Origin: Amphiscolops sp. MND2022
Taxonomy: Eukaryota
Direction: 5' to 3'
Assembly: GCA_964187785.1 (NCBI GenBank)
Contig: OZ076409.1
Span: 45,262,001-45,326,000, forward strand
Length of the DNA: 64,000 nucleotides
The translations under genes and the position numbers were made by a program. The notes below the pieces were generated by a model. That model worked only from the letters and a program-made list of their open reading frames with translations, had not been told where the DNA came from and did not search any database. Shown in pieces: positions 51,001 through 62,597 of the stretch (its first letter is position 1; every line of letters begins with the position of its first letter).

Positions 51001-54000
51001 CCCGACTCGAGAAACTAAAGCGTGAAGCAATACAAATGGAAATAGCTGACTTGCATGAACAGCTTGCCCGCAGAACTAGAATAGCTGAAAAGGAAAGAGA
51101 AATAGCGGAAGTGTCGAGCAGTCAGGGGACTAGCTTCCCAAGTGTCTCATCAGTCGACAGTTTCACGGAAGACTCAAGATGCATGGCTGAGACAGAAACA
51201 GTCGAAGACGGGGCTAAGTCCAATATTGCACTATCAGTTCATTTGAAATCAGAGAATGCAGTGAAATTAGTTCACAAAGGAAAGTTCTCCGTGCTTAGGA
51301 GAGACTCAAAACCTCCAACAGAAGCCGATGAGCAGGCTGATAACGAAACTTGCAGAAAAGAAGCAACATCACAACCAGATGTGACAGTTGCGAACAAAGG
51401 AACCTCGAAGTTCCTCACAGCGGAATGCATACAGAACTGGTCAGAAACATTCATTGTAGACAACGGTCGGCAAGACGTCCGTTCAGAAACCCTCCTCGTG
51501 GATACCAAACGGGTTTTGGAAGAAGAGATTCACTTAGGCATGAGTGAGCATTCGATAGTGCAAACAGAAGAGATATTGAATCACACAATGACGGAAACAA
51601 GGAAGGAGCATAGATTCTTATCATTCGCATCTAGCAAGCAAACTTTGGGAGAATCGAGTGTCCAACGTGAACTGCTGCAAGAGAGTGCAGAAGTTTTCAC
51701 CGTTCAACAGGATGTACAGCAAGGGAAAATGTTGGAAGTGACGATGCTTCATGACAGCACTCTACTTCTTGAAGAGGGAAACAAATGTTTTGAATTCGAC
51801 AAAAGTTATGGATTTGTGAATGAGCAGCAATTTGCACTGCAAAAAAGTTTGAATGAAGAAGTCATGTGTCAACAGCTATGCCACGTTGCAATGAAACATG
51901 ACAAACCCGTGAAAGGCAATGAAGGTGAAACACAAGCCATGAATACATCGTTTGGAAAGAAATTTCATTTTGACTTCAAAGTAAGCTTTGTTGAAGATAC
52001 TATCCCGAGTAAGAATAATGTTTGGAACCTTTGGATTGGAAATGGGAACTCTGGGATGGATGCGGTGGCACAGGCTAACGGGATTGTTGAAACTCAATTG
52101 AGCAAAGGTCACCGCAAGCGACCGAAGAAAAGAGCTTGGAAAATTGAACCCCTCTCAAACCTGATTCATGGAATGACGGAAGGAACTCAGTTGAACGAGA
52201 ATGGAATACAAAAGGACACAGTTTGGTTTGATCTGATAGACAAATCATCAGTGACAAGAACGCAAATGTGTTCATTGGAAGTACCAACAACAGAAAGTTG
52301 GAGCGGTGGGTCTTGCAAAGGGCCGGCTGCACCATTCAAGACAATGTGGACTCAGAATGGGACTTTTGGAAAATTGGAAGTTTCCTATGATCTAGTGGAG
52401 CCTCGTAGAAACCCAGACGCTAAGAAGTTGGAGTTTTGTGGTGAGAGAAGCTGGGTGGCGTTCTACAAACACAAGCGAAAGCGAAACTCCAAAGCATTGC
52501 AGTTATTGGAAGAAAACATGGATGTAGACACGGAATACGACGAGTCAGAAGGGAAGAAGCAAAATGAAGCGCAGCAACTGAGTTCCGAACGCAAATTTTT
52601 CTTTAGATGCACAAAGAACACCGAAAACAAACGGGAGAACTTCAACTGTCGTAATGTTGGAAATTCTCTTTATCTACTGATTATGATAATTGTTGATTCA
52701 AGTACATTTCAAGAACTGCAGATCCAGATCAAGATTATGGAAATATTAGAGAATGAAATCAGTTTGACATATCTCCCCCGCGGTCAGTCAATTTTGATGA
52801 TGAATTGCGAAGCAAAGCAGATATTGGGAAACTGGCTGGAGATGTTCTCGACTTATTCTGGGAACATATTCTTTGGATGTCGATGGGAGCTAAGTCAAAT
52901 GAAATGAAGCATGGTTGTATCATACCTTTTAAAGGTTCTAAAAGAAAGCAATTGATTGAACACGAAGAATGTCAGACGTTGACGATGAAGTTTGTAATAA
53001 TTGGGAAGACCACGACTTCAAATGAGCAAAACTGTTTTTGGAAATATTTGGATGTGTTATGTGAACCTGCCGAAAACTACCTTATGGTCAGCGAACAGGA
53101 ATATGGTTTGGGATTTTGTTGCAGCAGAGAAAGAACAGGGCAATTAACCGTCAAACATGACAATGAACCTGGAGATCTCAAAACGACAACGACAATCGAT
53201 GACAAACTCAAAAGACCAGTAGTGAAACTGGCACCCATGTTCTACGAAAGTGTTTTTCGGGAGAAAAACAGGGCCGGCAATGTTGGCGCCAGTCATCAGA
53301 AGGCAGAGAAACTCGATTCAGAACATGTTGGTTGAGATACGAGAACTTAAACTCCTAAAAACTTAGATGAAAATTTGAAGAAAAGTCAATCGTCAAAAAA
53401 TCGAAAACCCCCCCCCAGTCAGGGTTTTCTCTGCAACTAATAACCGTAGAGACTTGAAACTTGGCACACATACGCAGATACCTAACACGAACACACCGGC
53501 TAAGTTTCAAGTTCATTCCCCCATTATAACCCCTTTACCCCTCACATGTGTAGTATTCAAGGTCATTGAACCAAAAATGTAAACTTTGTTATTTACCTAT
53601 ATGACCACATTAGAATGTAACTCTGTTGAATTGATAATGTTTACATAGTGTAAACATACTTTCTAACCCACCTAACCAACATGCCAAAACCACCACATTC
53701 TTTGTTTACATAGCCAATAACTTTAATAATTCACTTAAATGTCATTTATTTATACAACATATTTCAACTGATATTTGCTTATATTTACTGTAGAATTGTA
53801 AACGATATGTATACTATTATTAGATAGAGATTTTCTCCACTGTATAGCTATAGTCAAGTTGGGTCTTAGGACCAAGAGACTAATTAATCAACTTCTCAAT
53901 CTTCACAACTTTTCGCTAGAGTTAGAGCGACTAAGTAGCTACTCTCATAGTTGGAGAGCCGGAGCGCGTGAAGATACTGTGAGGGAAGTGTGTGCAGGAT

Positions 54001-55704
54001 CACATCGGATCCAATTCAGTGCAAAGAGGAATCGCAGGAGATTCCACGGGTCACATCGGACCCACCAGTCAAAAGATACAGTCCTTTAAACAAGAAAACC
54101 AGGAATTGTTTAGTGACGGTCCACAGCACTAAGCAACGGATCAGGGCGGCGTAAAGCTTGTCAAGCCTCAGCGCAGGATAAGGGCAAGCAGCCGTTACAT
54201 TGTGAATTTTGGCACTTTTTATTTTGGCACAAATGTAAAAGTTGCGGATCAAATTTTATGGTAGAATTCTGTGGAAAAACTATCATTCGTGTACAAAAAC
54301 GTAACATAATCAAAGTCGAGCAAAACAAAATGTGGTAACTTTTTATTCCCACATTTATGAAACATGGGGACGGAAAATAAAAGCCAGAGCCGCATGTGCG
54401 GTATAGGAGTCGGCTTAGGTCTTTTTTCTTCTGACTTGCTCGAATCCCAGTCATACGAATTTGATGAAATTGCATATACTAAGCCCTTATAATGGTGTAG
54501 AGAAAGAGACTTCATAAAAGTTCTTTCAAACAGTAGAGTATTTGAGAAAATCGAAGTCCAAAATTGGCCGTTGTTTGGTTAATTTTTGGCCATTGTACAC
54601 ATAGGACCATAATATGGTGTAGAAAGACAGTAGAAAATTTCGTTCGAATTGATGCCATTGCGCAAGCAGGAGCACCTTTGGGAGTATAATGACTGTGTGA
54701 AATTTTATGGAAATCGCATGGACAGTTTTTGAGAAATTTGAAACTTTCATTGAAAGTTCGAGAGAAAAAACCACACGATTGCATAAATAGTCGAAATTTT
54801 TTTCCGACTCCTAATTAGATTTAACATACTGCTTGCGGATTGATGATGGTGTATCGTCTTGCCCCTTTTCTGACTGCAAATTGACTTCAGGCGACGTCAA
54901 TGAATCTGTCGGTGTCTCTTCCAGAAGATGCCTAAGTAAATATTATAATATATTTTTAACCAGGCCACGTGAGCTACAAATTAATCAGAAAACTCCATCA
55001 ACCTACCATATAGAATTGTCAAATTTGTTCGTCGACGAGAAGTTGTAAGAAAAGCCGCGAGCGGAAAGGTCTTTTCTCAGCTGCTGTACTCGTTTTTGAG
55101 ATTCGAGGTACTGTTTAGTTAGAGCCGAGATGTCATAATTTTTGTTTCTGCATTGCAATGAATTGCTGCTAGCCACACCACTTGCACTTTTCATGACTTG
55201 CTTCAAAGACTCCGATTGCACGTTCGCCAAATCCAATCTGCTTTTCAATGTTTCTGTGATCTCACTTTTTGACTTGAAATCACTCTGCACTGCAAGCAGA
55301 TACTTCCATATCATTCTCGCCTGGCTCAGTCGTAGCTTCTCCATCTCGTAAGAATCGGTTGCCTGGTCTTCGAGACTAGAGTTATACCGATGATGACTAC
55401 TAGAAGCACTGGGTTCGGTGCTCATAGTTCTACCAGGACAGTCAAGTTTGAACTTGCTGTTGTTCGATTGGATGCTATAGTCTTCAGTGGCAGCCAACTG
55501 AGGAGTTAGTGGTTCCGGTGAATTATCAGGAGGCTCCCATTGGGTTGTTTTGGTGTTATGGTCTATGTAAAAAACATTGCCATCTTCATCGCAGCTCACT
55601 TCCCATCCGGATGGTAAGGTCATTCCAGATGGTGGGAAGTCTCCCACAGTATTTGCATTCATTTGAGCACGAATGCCTCGCGATTGAGTGGAAGGCCAAT
55701 TCAT
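39086..55704 (-). CDS. WWC1: KIBRA/WWC-family Hippo-pathway scaffold (WW, coiled coil, C2-like, aPKC-binding region), ~1104 aa
   Basis: Seven phase-consistent GT-AG exons: 55007-55704, 54830-54931, 47163-47423, 45895-47026, 44897-45381, 41751-42000, 39086-39472 (3315 nt). [32 protein letters not shown]; coiled coil [13 protein letters not shown]...[18 protein letters not shown]2-like [27 protein letters not shown]...FKRNAVER resembling KIBRA LNRSDSD...FVRNSLER. Confidence 0.85.
40150..40995 (+). mobile_element. Tc1-family transposase remnant
   Basis: Translates to [11 protein letters not shown]...[13 protein letters not shown](N)VWTVLK at ~40690-40800, resembling the Tc1 WPxxSPDLNPIENVW motif. 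Frameshifted; boundaries approximate. Confidence 0.75.
41276..41423 (+). mobile_element. 148-bp retro-insertion (probably Penelope-like pLTR fragment) with a 12-bp target duplication
   Basis: Direct repeat TAAACATACCGA at 41264-41275 and 41424-41435; contains a hammerhead motif. Confidence 0.7.
41360..41399 (+). ncRNA. Minimal type I hammerhead ribozyme (Penelope-like)
   Basis: Stem I GATT/AGTC; core CTGATGA plus one extra T; stem II GGTC-TACAA-GACC; GAAA; palindromic stem III AAACGTTT; NUH site TTA. Confidence 0.75.
42037..44797. mobile_element. Non-autonomous hAT element (in WWC intron) carrying nested insertions
   Basis: Perfect 16-bp TIR CAGTGATGTCCCTTTT/AAAAGGGACATCACTG; perfect 8-bp TSD AGTGGATG (42029-42036 and 44798-44805); subterminal TAAAGGA repeats at both ends. 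Confidence 0.92.
42400..43858 (+). mobile_element. CR1/L2-type LINE fragment nested in the hAT element, with internal deletion
   Basis: RT motifs [24 protein letters not shown] and [20 protein letters not shown], then a jump at ~43090 to a 3' region highly similar to 59013-59730; (AATTC)n tail. Confidence 0.88.
48415..49333 (+). repeat. 5' LTR of BEL/Pao-derived element
   Basis: Near-identical to 53281-54199. Confidence 0.95.
49459..49624 (+). repeat. 24-bp tandem repeat (six full units plus one degenerate) in the retroelement leader
   Basis: Unit TGTGTCTCTGGGAGATTGGGCTAC starting at 49459, 49483, 49507, 49531, 49555, 49579 and 49603. Confidence 0.95.
49989..52907 (+). CDS. 972-aa ORF of the BEL/Pao-derived element (gag-like coiled coil plus unrecognisable remainder; no PR/RT/RH/IN catalytic motifs seen)
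   Basis: Uninterrupted ATG-initiated ORF between the LTRs; Ser-rich and coiled-coil segment [12 protein letters not shown]...[13 protein letters not shown] like BEL gag N-termini. Confidence 0.65.
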   Translation: MKAKKKEKQLMQHPRMAIVFEGRNTKQSQQLMELRPKDLENASDWYAWCLYWDIVPLHVKKLHTLVKDLDDKLDEEGAVVSKSKLIDRVIEYRERRQALLFCVDFMLSLTNEETQRQLSRSVTEWDECFAKLESSWGYWFPDVQQMLKCPIDGTKELKLSQMTNGTSADAAMRCPRKRKLRQRRVHQAKPNCVKETASEKGSPTRSRKTKDQESCCGMRDSISEVENSINDVTSLLEENSKVSDVTILMDNRPTVSTKWSNGDRLFPLALEKAEDQKSDEVQGQRSETGQLEIEELGKHPKLVETRSNRSSVISKSSIARRVLSLKVKAQKEQEELQTRLEKLKREAIQMEIADLHEQLARRTRIAEKEREIAEVSSSQGTSFPSVSSVDSFTEDSRCMAETETVEDGAKSNIALSVHLKSENAVKLVHKGKFSVLRRDSKPPTEADEQADNETCRKEATSQPDVTVANKGTSKFLTAECIQNWSETFIVDNGRQDVRSETLLVDTKRVLEEEIHLGMSEHSIVQTEEILNHTMTETRKEHRFLSFASSKQTLGESSVQRELLQESAEVFTVQQDVQQGKMLEVTMLHDSTLLLEEGNKCFEFDKSYGFVNEQQFALQKSLNEEVMCQQLCHVAMKHDKPVKGNEGETQAMNTSFGKKFHFDFKVSFVEDTIPSKNNVWNLWIGNGNSGMDAVAQANGIVETQLSKGHRKRPKKRAWKIEPLSNLIHGMTEGTQLNENGIQKDTVWFDLIDKSSVTRTQMCSLEVPTTESWSGGSCKGPAAPFKTMWTQNGTFGKLEVSYDLVEPRRNPDAKKLEFCGERSWVAFYKHKRKRNSKALQLLEENMDVDTEYDESEGKKQNEAQQLSSERKFFFRCTKNTENKRENFNCRNVGNSLYLLIMIIVDSSTFQELQIQIKIMEILENEISLTYLPRGQSILMMNCEAKQILGNWLEMFSTYSGNIFFGCRWELSQMK
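52904..53335 (+). CDS. Short ORF ending in BEL integrase C-terminal remnant, running into the 3' LTR
   Basis: ATG at 52904 overlaps the TGA of the long ORF (ATGA); contains EPGDL...[15 protein letters not shown]. Confidence 0.45.
   Translation: MKHGCIIPFKGSKRKQLIEHEECQTLTMKFVIIGKTTTSNEQNCFWKYLDVLCEPAENYLMVSEQEYGLGFCCSRERTGQLTVKHDNEPGDLKTTTTIDDKLKRPVVKLAPMFYESVFREKNRAGNVGASHQKAEKLDSEHVG
53281..54199 (+). repeat. 3' LTR of BEL/Pao-derived element
   Basis: Near-identical to 48415-49333; followed by TSD TTGTG. Confidence 0.95.
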
Positions 55705-55988
55705 CGATGCAGGGGATAGAAAACGTATCCAAGAGTATAGAAAAATAAACTACGTGAATTAACCTCCATATCTAACCTGAAAAAATTGATAGTTACACTA
55801 TGCAGAGCGAAAATGATTACAACTTAATGAAAAGTTATGAAGCATTGTTTTCAAATCATCTGAACTGATTTACTGGCTCAAGAAAGGAAGATGGTCTGCA
55901 AAATCATATAACCCAGGAACACATGTGTCAAGTAAACTTGGGCTTCCATAATCTCTACAATTGTACATTTATCACCAATAACACATAC

Positions 55989-56014
55989 CGTATATTAAGA
56001 AGCTCGCTCACACA
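55989..56014 (-). other. Predicted 26-nt non-coding first exon of the WWC gene
   Basis: Preceded by a T-rich tract, TACTGAC branch-like motif and TTGCAG acceptor; followed by a GTATGT donor that can pair with the TTTCAG acceptor at 55777. Confidence 0.5.
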
Positions 56015-56245
56015 CTGCAAGCGTCAGTAAAAATGAACATGAAAAAATCACAAATCGAAAAAAAATGCAATTAAAAACAAGAAAATCTATAATGGCTATA
56101 GATATTCAGGTAATCGTGTGATATCCAGAAGCATCAAAATGAAGCACAATAAAATTAGGATAGTGTAAAACAATGGAATCAGTCATAGTTCGAAACAAAA
56201 TCATTCTACAATAAGTACAGACGTTCACAGAATTGCAAGCACATG

Positions 56246-57969
<1,724 letters not shown>

Positions 57970-58093
57970 TTAAAACAACAAAATCTGAAACAGAGGATAG
58001 ATTAGCATTTATAATGGGTAATTAAGAAATGCAACTCTAACATTTAGCTCTGTAGAGCCACAGAAACAACCCAATCCCAGTTTCTAAACATAC

Positions 58094-58136
58094 CAATGTT
58101 TGGGTGAAATGTTGCAACGACGGGAAATCGGAAATT
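58094..58136 (-). other. Predicted 43-nt non-coding first exon of TYMS
   Basis: ATTCAG acceptor upstream (58137-58138); GTATGT donor downstream that can pair with the TTTCAG acceptor at 57985. Confidence 0.45.
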
Positions 58137-58270
58137 CTGAATAATTATTTAAAAAAATTGAAGATCGTCGTTTCATTTTCGATGATGCTTCACAGTCGAA
58201 GTTCATGTCGATGGAGAAAACTGAATTAGAGCAATATTACAGCAATTATGTGTTCACAGTAAAAATTCAT

Positions 58271-61200
58271 TCATTCAGATAAACATGCAAGATACCCATT
58301 CAACGTCTTTATCAAGTCACCTCGAGCCACTTTTTCCTAAAACAAAAAGACGACGAATAGAATGTGAATAAAGTTGTGTCTAAACCAAAAGTTTGCTCAT
58401 GATACTAACTTCAACTCTAGTAACTACATTTCTTAATGTGACGCGATCTTCAGCTATTTCACTTTCCCCGATGATCACCGCCCATGGAATTCTGTTGTCT
58501 TCAGCATACTGTAGCTGGTCAAGCATCTTTGGATTTAGCTTGTAAGAAAATTCGGTCTGAAACAAAATTCAAATAATTCAGTGACAGTTCTATGTGATTG
58601 TTTCATTCGGAGAAGTTGGTATGTTGGAAACAGATTATTACTAAGTTGATCTTGAAAAACCAAACTTTGACTGTATCGAGTTTAAAAAAAATGTCGTTTT
58701 GCAATTACACTGTTCTGAGAGCGAGAAATTTCTTTAAAAGATCTCAATTGTTATACTATTATAAAACGCACGTGAATCCAATTGTACAATACGGCGTCCT
58801 AATATATGGATGTACGTCATATTCGAATCTTGATCCCAATCTGAAGATCCAAAAACAAATAGTCAGATCGATATGTTGTTTTCCAAAATATGCCAGTGTC
58901 CATCAATTCAAGGTTGAGAATGAATTACCAACTGTTTACGAATTGCATGTATGTGAGCTGCTAAAAACTATTATAGGATGCGAGAGATCTGAACATGTCC
59001 ATGATAAAAAAAGACTGCTACCTTCAATTTAGTGATGTTGGTTTTGGACTTAGATCAGTCACTAAGAGGGAAGTATTTGTTCCCTTCAGAAAAACAAAAA
59101 AACTCAATCATTCATTATGCAAACGTGTACCTGAACTTTACAACAAGCTGGTAAAAGTTTCCATGTTACCTGACTGTACCTTGATAAGATTTATCAGTGA
59201 TGAAGTGGTAAAACATTTCCGTCATTACTTTCTTAGAAACTTTATCTTTGGTAAAAGGGATCTTGCTGATTTTGTGTTCGGTAAAAAAATTGACTTGAAA
59301 CGAATCAAATCAAAGCTATACCCGAAAGTAGTCATTGCATTGGGTAAGACGGGCCTAACCCAGCCTGCACTATGCGGTGTCTGCTGGGGTTTCCTATGTT
59401 AGGAACGATGCTCGAAGTAGGTACTGTGTGCACTCTTCATGCTTGGGTTGCATGGTTTCTTGTAGGAGTTCCCAGTACACACAAGGTTCACCCTACAAGG
59501 CATGTGCGTCCCCTATTTCGGAAATACATCCAAGTGCACAGTATCAAACGGTTCCTTACATACTTTACTTAATTCAAAAAAAATAGTTTAAAAAAAATTG
59601 ACATTCCTCATATCTGTTTTGATGTTATGATTTGCTTGTTATCAGGCTTCCGTCAGGCGGGCATATGCCTTTGGAAGTCTGTTCTGTTGTTTGATGATTG
59701 TAAATGATTTGTATTTGCTGCGTTTCTGTTCATTGAATAACAGATATTATTATCGATCACTAGAACTAGCGATCAATCAGTATAGCAAAACAAGCCGGGA
59801 ACGGCCCAAGTCGGGGCCCATACCAAAGGCTCAACAAATTATGGAAAAAAGTGGGAAAAATCGATAATGTTATACAAGAAACGAAAACGTTACATCCGAA
59901 CTTTGAAAACGTTATATCCCAACTTTGAAAACGTTATTTTAGGGAAAAAAAACTTGCATCGTGCCAAAAAAACAAAGGGGGACCGTTGGGTCTCCCCTCT
60001 ACTTTTGGAAGCATAAACCAGAAACGTTTATCCGGAATTCGTTATATCCGTTTTGCGTTAAATTGGGTTTGCGCCAAAAAATCCAAAGGGACCCTTTTGT
60101 AACATTGGAAAATTCTCCAAAAAACGTTATATCCGGTATACGTTATATCCGGTTTGCGCTAGTCCGATATGGGTTGTGTTATTATCGAAGGGGACTCCTT
60201 AGCACTTTTTACATCATTGAAAATTCTCCAAGGAACGTTATATCCGGGATACATCACAGCTTATAAAATCTGTCATTTCATTGGTACTTAAAACAAGCCG
60301 GGAACGGCCCAAGTCGGTGCCATATCTAAGGCTCAAAAAAAGCAAAAGGACTTCAAAGTGTCATGTATTCTCTTCTAGAGTACCCGCATGAAAAAATTTT
60401 AAAAAAATCGAATTTTTGTGGTCTCCGGTAAGTCGCATAGTGCCGAAAAATGTAACACAGAGGCGAAGCGGTGCTTCGCAACACATGACGAAGACAACGA
60501 TTATTTTAATATGCGTATATATTTTATTTTAATCGCATGCGTATATATTCAACAGTTCAACTTTATTCAATAACGTCCTTATGGCACAGTGGTTAACACT
60601 TATGCCGCGCAATCGGGAGGCTGCAGGTTCGAATCTCTCTGGGGTTTTGGCTTTTCTCTAAAAGGCGCTTATAATAAAAATACATAAGGACCGCGCGTAC
60701 TGAAACCGGAGTTTGGTGTTGTAAGAGAAAATACTTTTTTGCCCTTATTACATGGCGGGCGTGTCAGTGAAAAGAGTTTGGGTGTCAGTACGCTGCAAGC
60801 TGCAGAGCCTCCTTAAAGGCGCTTATTATGAAGTTGGCTACTGTGGAAAAAAAACTTTCTTAGCTGGACTGCAATGCACATTGACTTCGTCATGTGCAAA
60901 AAGGGGGCCTTTTGGAAGTTTTTGAACATCCATTCTTTTGCATAAAAGAAAAAATTGAAGGGGGACCGTTTGGAGACATTAAAGAAATTTGCCAAAAGTC
61001 TCAGAGCCGAAATAACCTGCACAAAATTGGTCAAGGGCGGGACTCGAACCCACGTCCTTCTGCTTGGCAGACCTCAAAAAAGCCTAATTAACCTCTATGC
61101 CAAGTGCCAGTAGAAGTCGTGTGGCACAGTTTAGTGTTAGTGCAAGTCAGCTTATAAAATCTGTCAGTTCGTTGGTCTTAAAAAAAAGAAAAGTCACTGC

Positions 61201-62597
61201 AATTGTCTCCGCTTTCTACGAAAAGCGCCGACTAAAAAAAAAGAAAAGTCCTTACTATAGTCTGCGTTTTTCTACAAAAACGCCGACTAGAAAGCCAGTG
61301 CTATAGTTTTGCGTTTTCTACGAAAAGCGCCGATTAAAAATAAAGAAGATTCTCAAACTAAAGTAAACCAGGAACGGAATTTGACTTAGTTTAGTCTAAG
61401 TATATTTTCGTATATTGAGCAAAATTCACTTATTGGCAATTACAATACCGCAATTCCATATCAAAAAAGTGGATCGAGAAAAATCTACATGAAAAGACTC
61501 CTTTCTCAGTTCATCAAAATACACTCATTATAGAGCCAAGCAATATACTAGTTTCAATTTTTAGGGGAAAACACTGATATAATCGTAGTGATTTCATGAA
61601 GAGCTAACTGAAAAACCACCCAGGAGCATGTTTTCAGTCGGCGCTTTCGTAGAAAGAGCAGACTGTAGAAGTACAAAGAGCAGATTATAGTAGTGGCTTT
61701 CAAAACCAACGAAGTGACATTTTATAAGCTTTATAAGCTGTTGGCAATGTATCTTTTGATAATCTGCATACTATATTTGAGCTGTAAAAGGTGCCAAGAA
61801 GCCCCCTTCGACAATAACACAACCCATGCCGGATTTAACGCAAACCGGATATAACGGATACCGGATATAACGTTTCTTGGAGAAATTTTCAAAGCTGTAA
61901 AAAGTGCCAAGGAGTCCCCTTCGCCAATTACACAACTGGATTTCACGCAAATCGGATATAACGTATACCGGATATAACGTTTCTTGGAGAATTTTTCAAT
62001 GTTACAAAAGGGTACCCCTCCGATTTTTAGGATGTTTAGAGTTGATACAAAATCATTCGAAGCCAAGCATTCGTCTTATGCGTATCTCTTGGAATATTTT
62101 TGGCACTAAAAAGTTCTTTTTGCATATTTGAAATACTTAACTTTTCTGAACCTTGAGCGGGGCGTCGACTTGGGCCGTTCCCGGCTTGTTAAAAATGAGT
62201 CCTCAGAAGTTTCAGCATTTGCAAAAGTTCCAGTGTAAATATGTCTGTCATTCTTTAGTATCAAAGACGATTTTGGAGTATGGTATGAAAACCCAGATAA
62301 ATTTTAAACTATGAATGTTTTCCAGAAAAAAAATCTCGGACGTATTTACTCCCAGTATTGAAACGAGTGACAACAGATCACAAACAACAATAGTCTTACT
62401 TTAATTCCAGCTGCCCACAATTCGGTACACAACTTGAGGCGATGCATGTGAAACTTCTTTTGAGCACTGGCCACTATGACCTGAGTTTCAGTTGTACGCA
62501 TACTCTGGAAGCCCTGGCTCTTGGCTGCCGCTAACTCTTTCCTCTCGATGATGGACAGCAGGCGTTCAATGCCGATACTGACACCCACACAAGGTAC
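58271..62597 (-). CDS. HARS1: Histidyl-tRNA synthetase, last three coding exons (5' part presumably beyond the window)
   Basis: Exons 62400-62597 ([16 protein letters not shown]...[14 protein letters not shown]...LWAAGIK), 58410-58556 ([33 protein letters not shown]) and 58271-58336 ([12 protein letters not shown]...SE*). Class II motif 3 and anticodon-binding domain. Confidence 0.95.
58590..59752 (+). mobile_element. 5'-truncated CR1/L2-type LINE 3' end in a HARS intron
   Basis: ORF2 C-terminal motif [19 protein letters not shown]; 3' region shared with 43093-43800; stem-loop at ~59643-59680; (TAT)n tail. Confidence 0.85.
59789..62190. repeat. Cluster of one interspersed repeat family beginning AACAAGCCGGGAACGGCCCAAGTCG (copies at ~59789+, ~60291+, and inverted ending ~62190)
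   Basis: Shared terminal sequence, internal CGTTATATCCG tandem arrays, AAAAGCGCCGACT repeats and a minus-strand tRNA B-box at ~61040. Confidence 0.75.
60454..60897 (-). mobile_element. HINE-like element, long copy, with tRNA-like module at 60575-60646, nested in another repeat
   Basis: Same termini, subTIRs and hairpin as 35041-35329; carries about 155 bp extra between AAAGGCGCTTAT direct repeats. Confidence 0.7.

Larger units (their letters stand above)
48415..54199 (+). mobile_element. Very recent non-autonomous BEL/Pao-derived LTR retrotransposon in WWC intron 2
   Basis: 919-bp LTRs at 48415-49333 and 53281-54199 (TG...CA, only two differences seen by eye). 5-bp TSD TTGTG. PBS-like TTTGGTCCGCCGACCCGG at 49334. 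BEL-type integrase C-terminus [10 protein letters not shown] just before the 3' LTR. Confidence 0.93.

Noticed and set aside
53255..53300. Minus-strand hammerhead at the 3' LTR boundary (CTGATGA followed by a GC stem)
   Set aside because: GAAA does not follow the stem directly and stems I and III cannot be formed.
55777..55988. Intronic snoRNA in the WWC 5' UTR intron
   Set aside because: No convincing C box (RTGATGA) and D box (CTGA) pair with a terminal stem.
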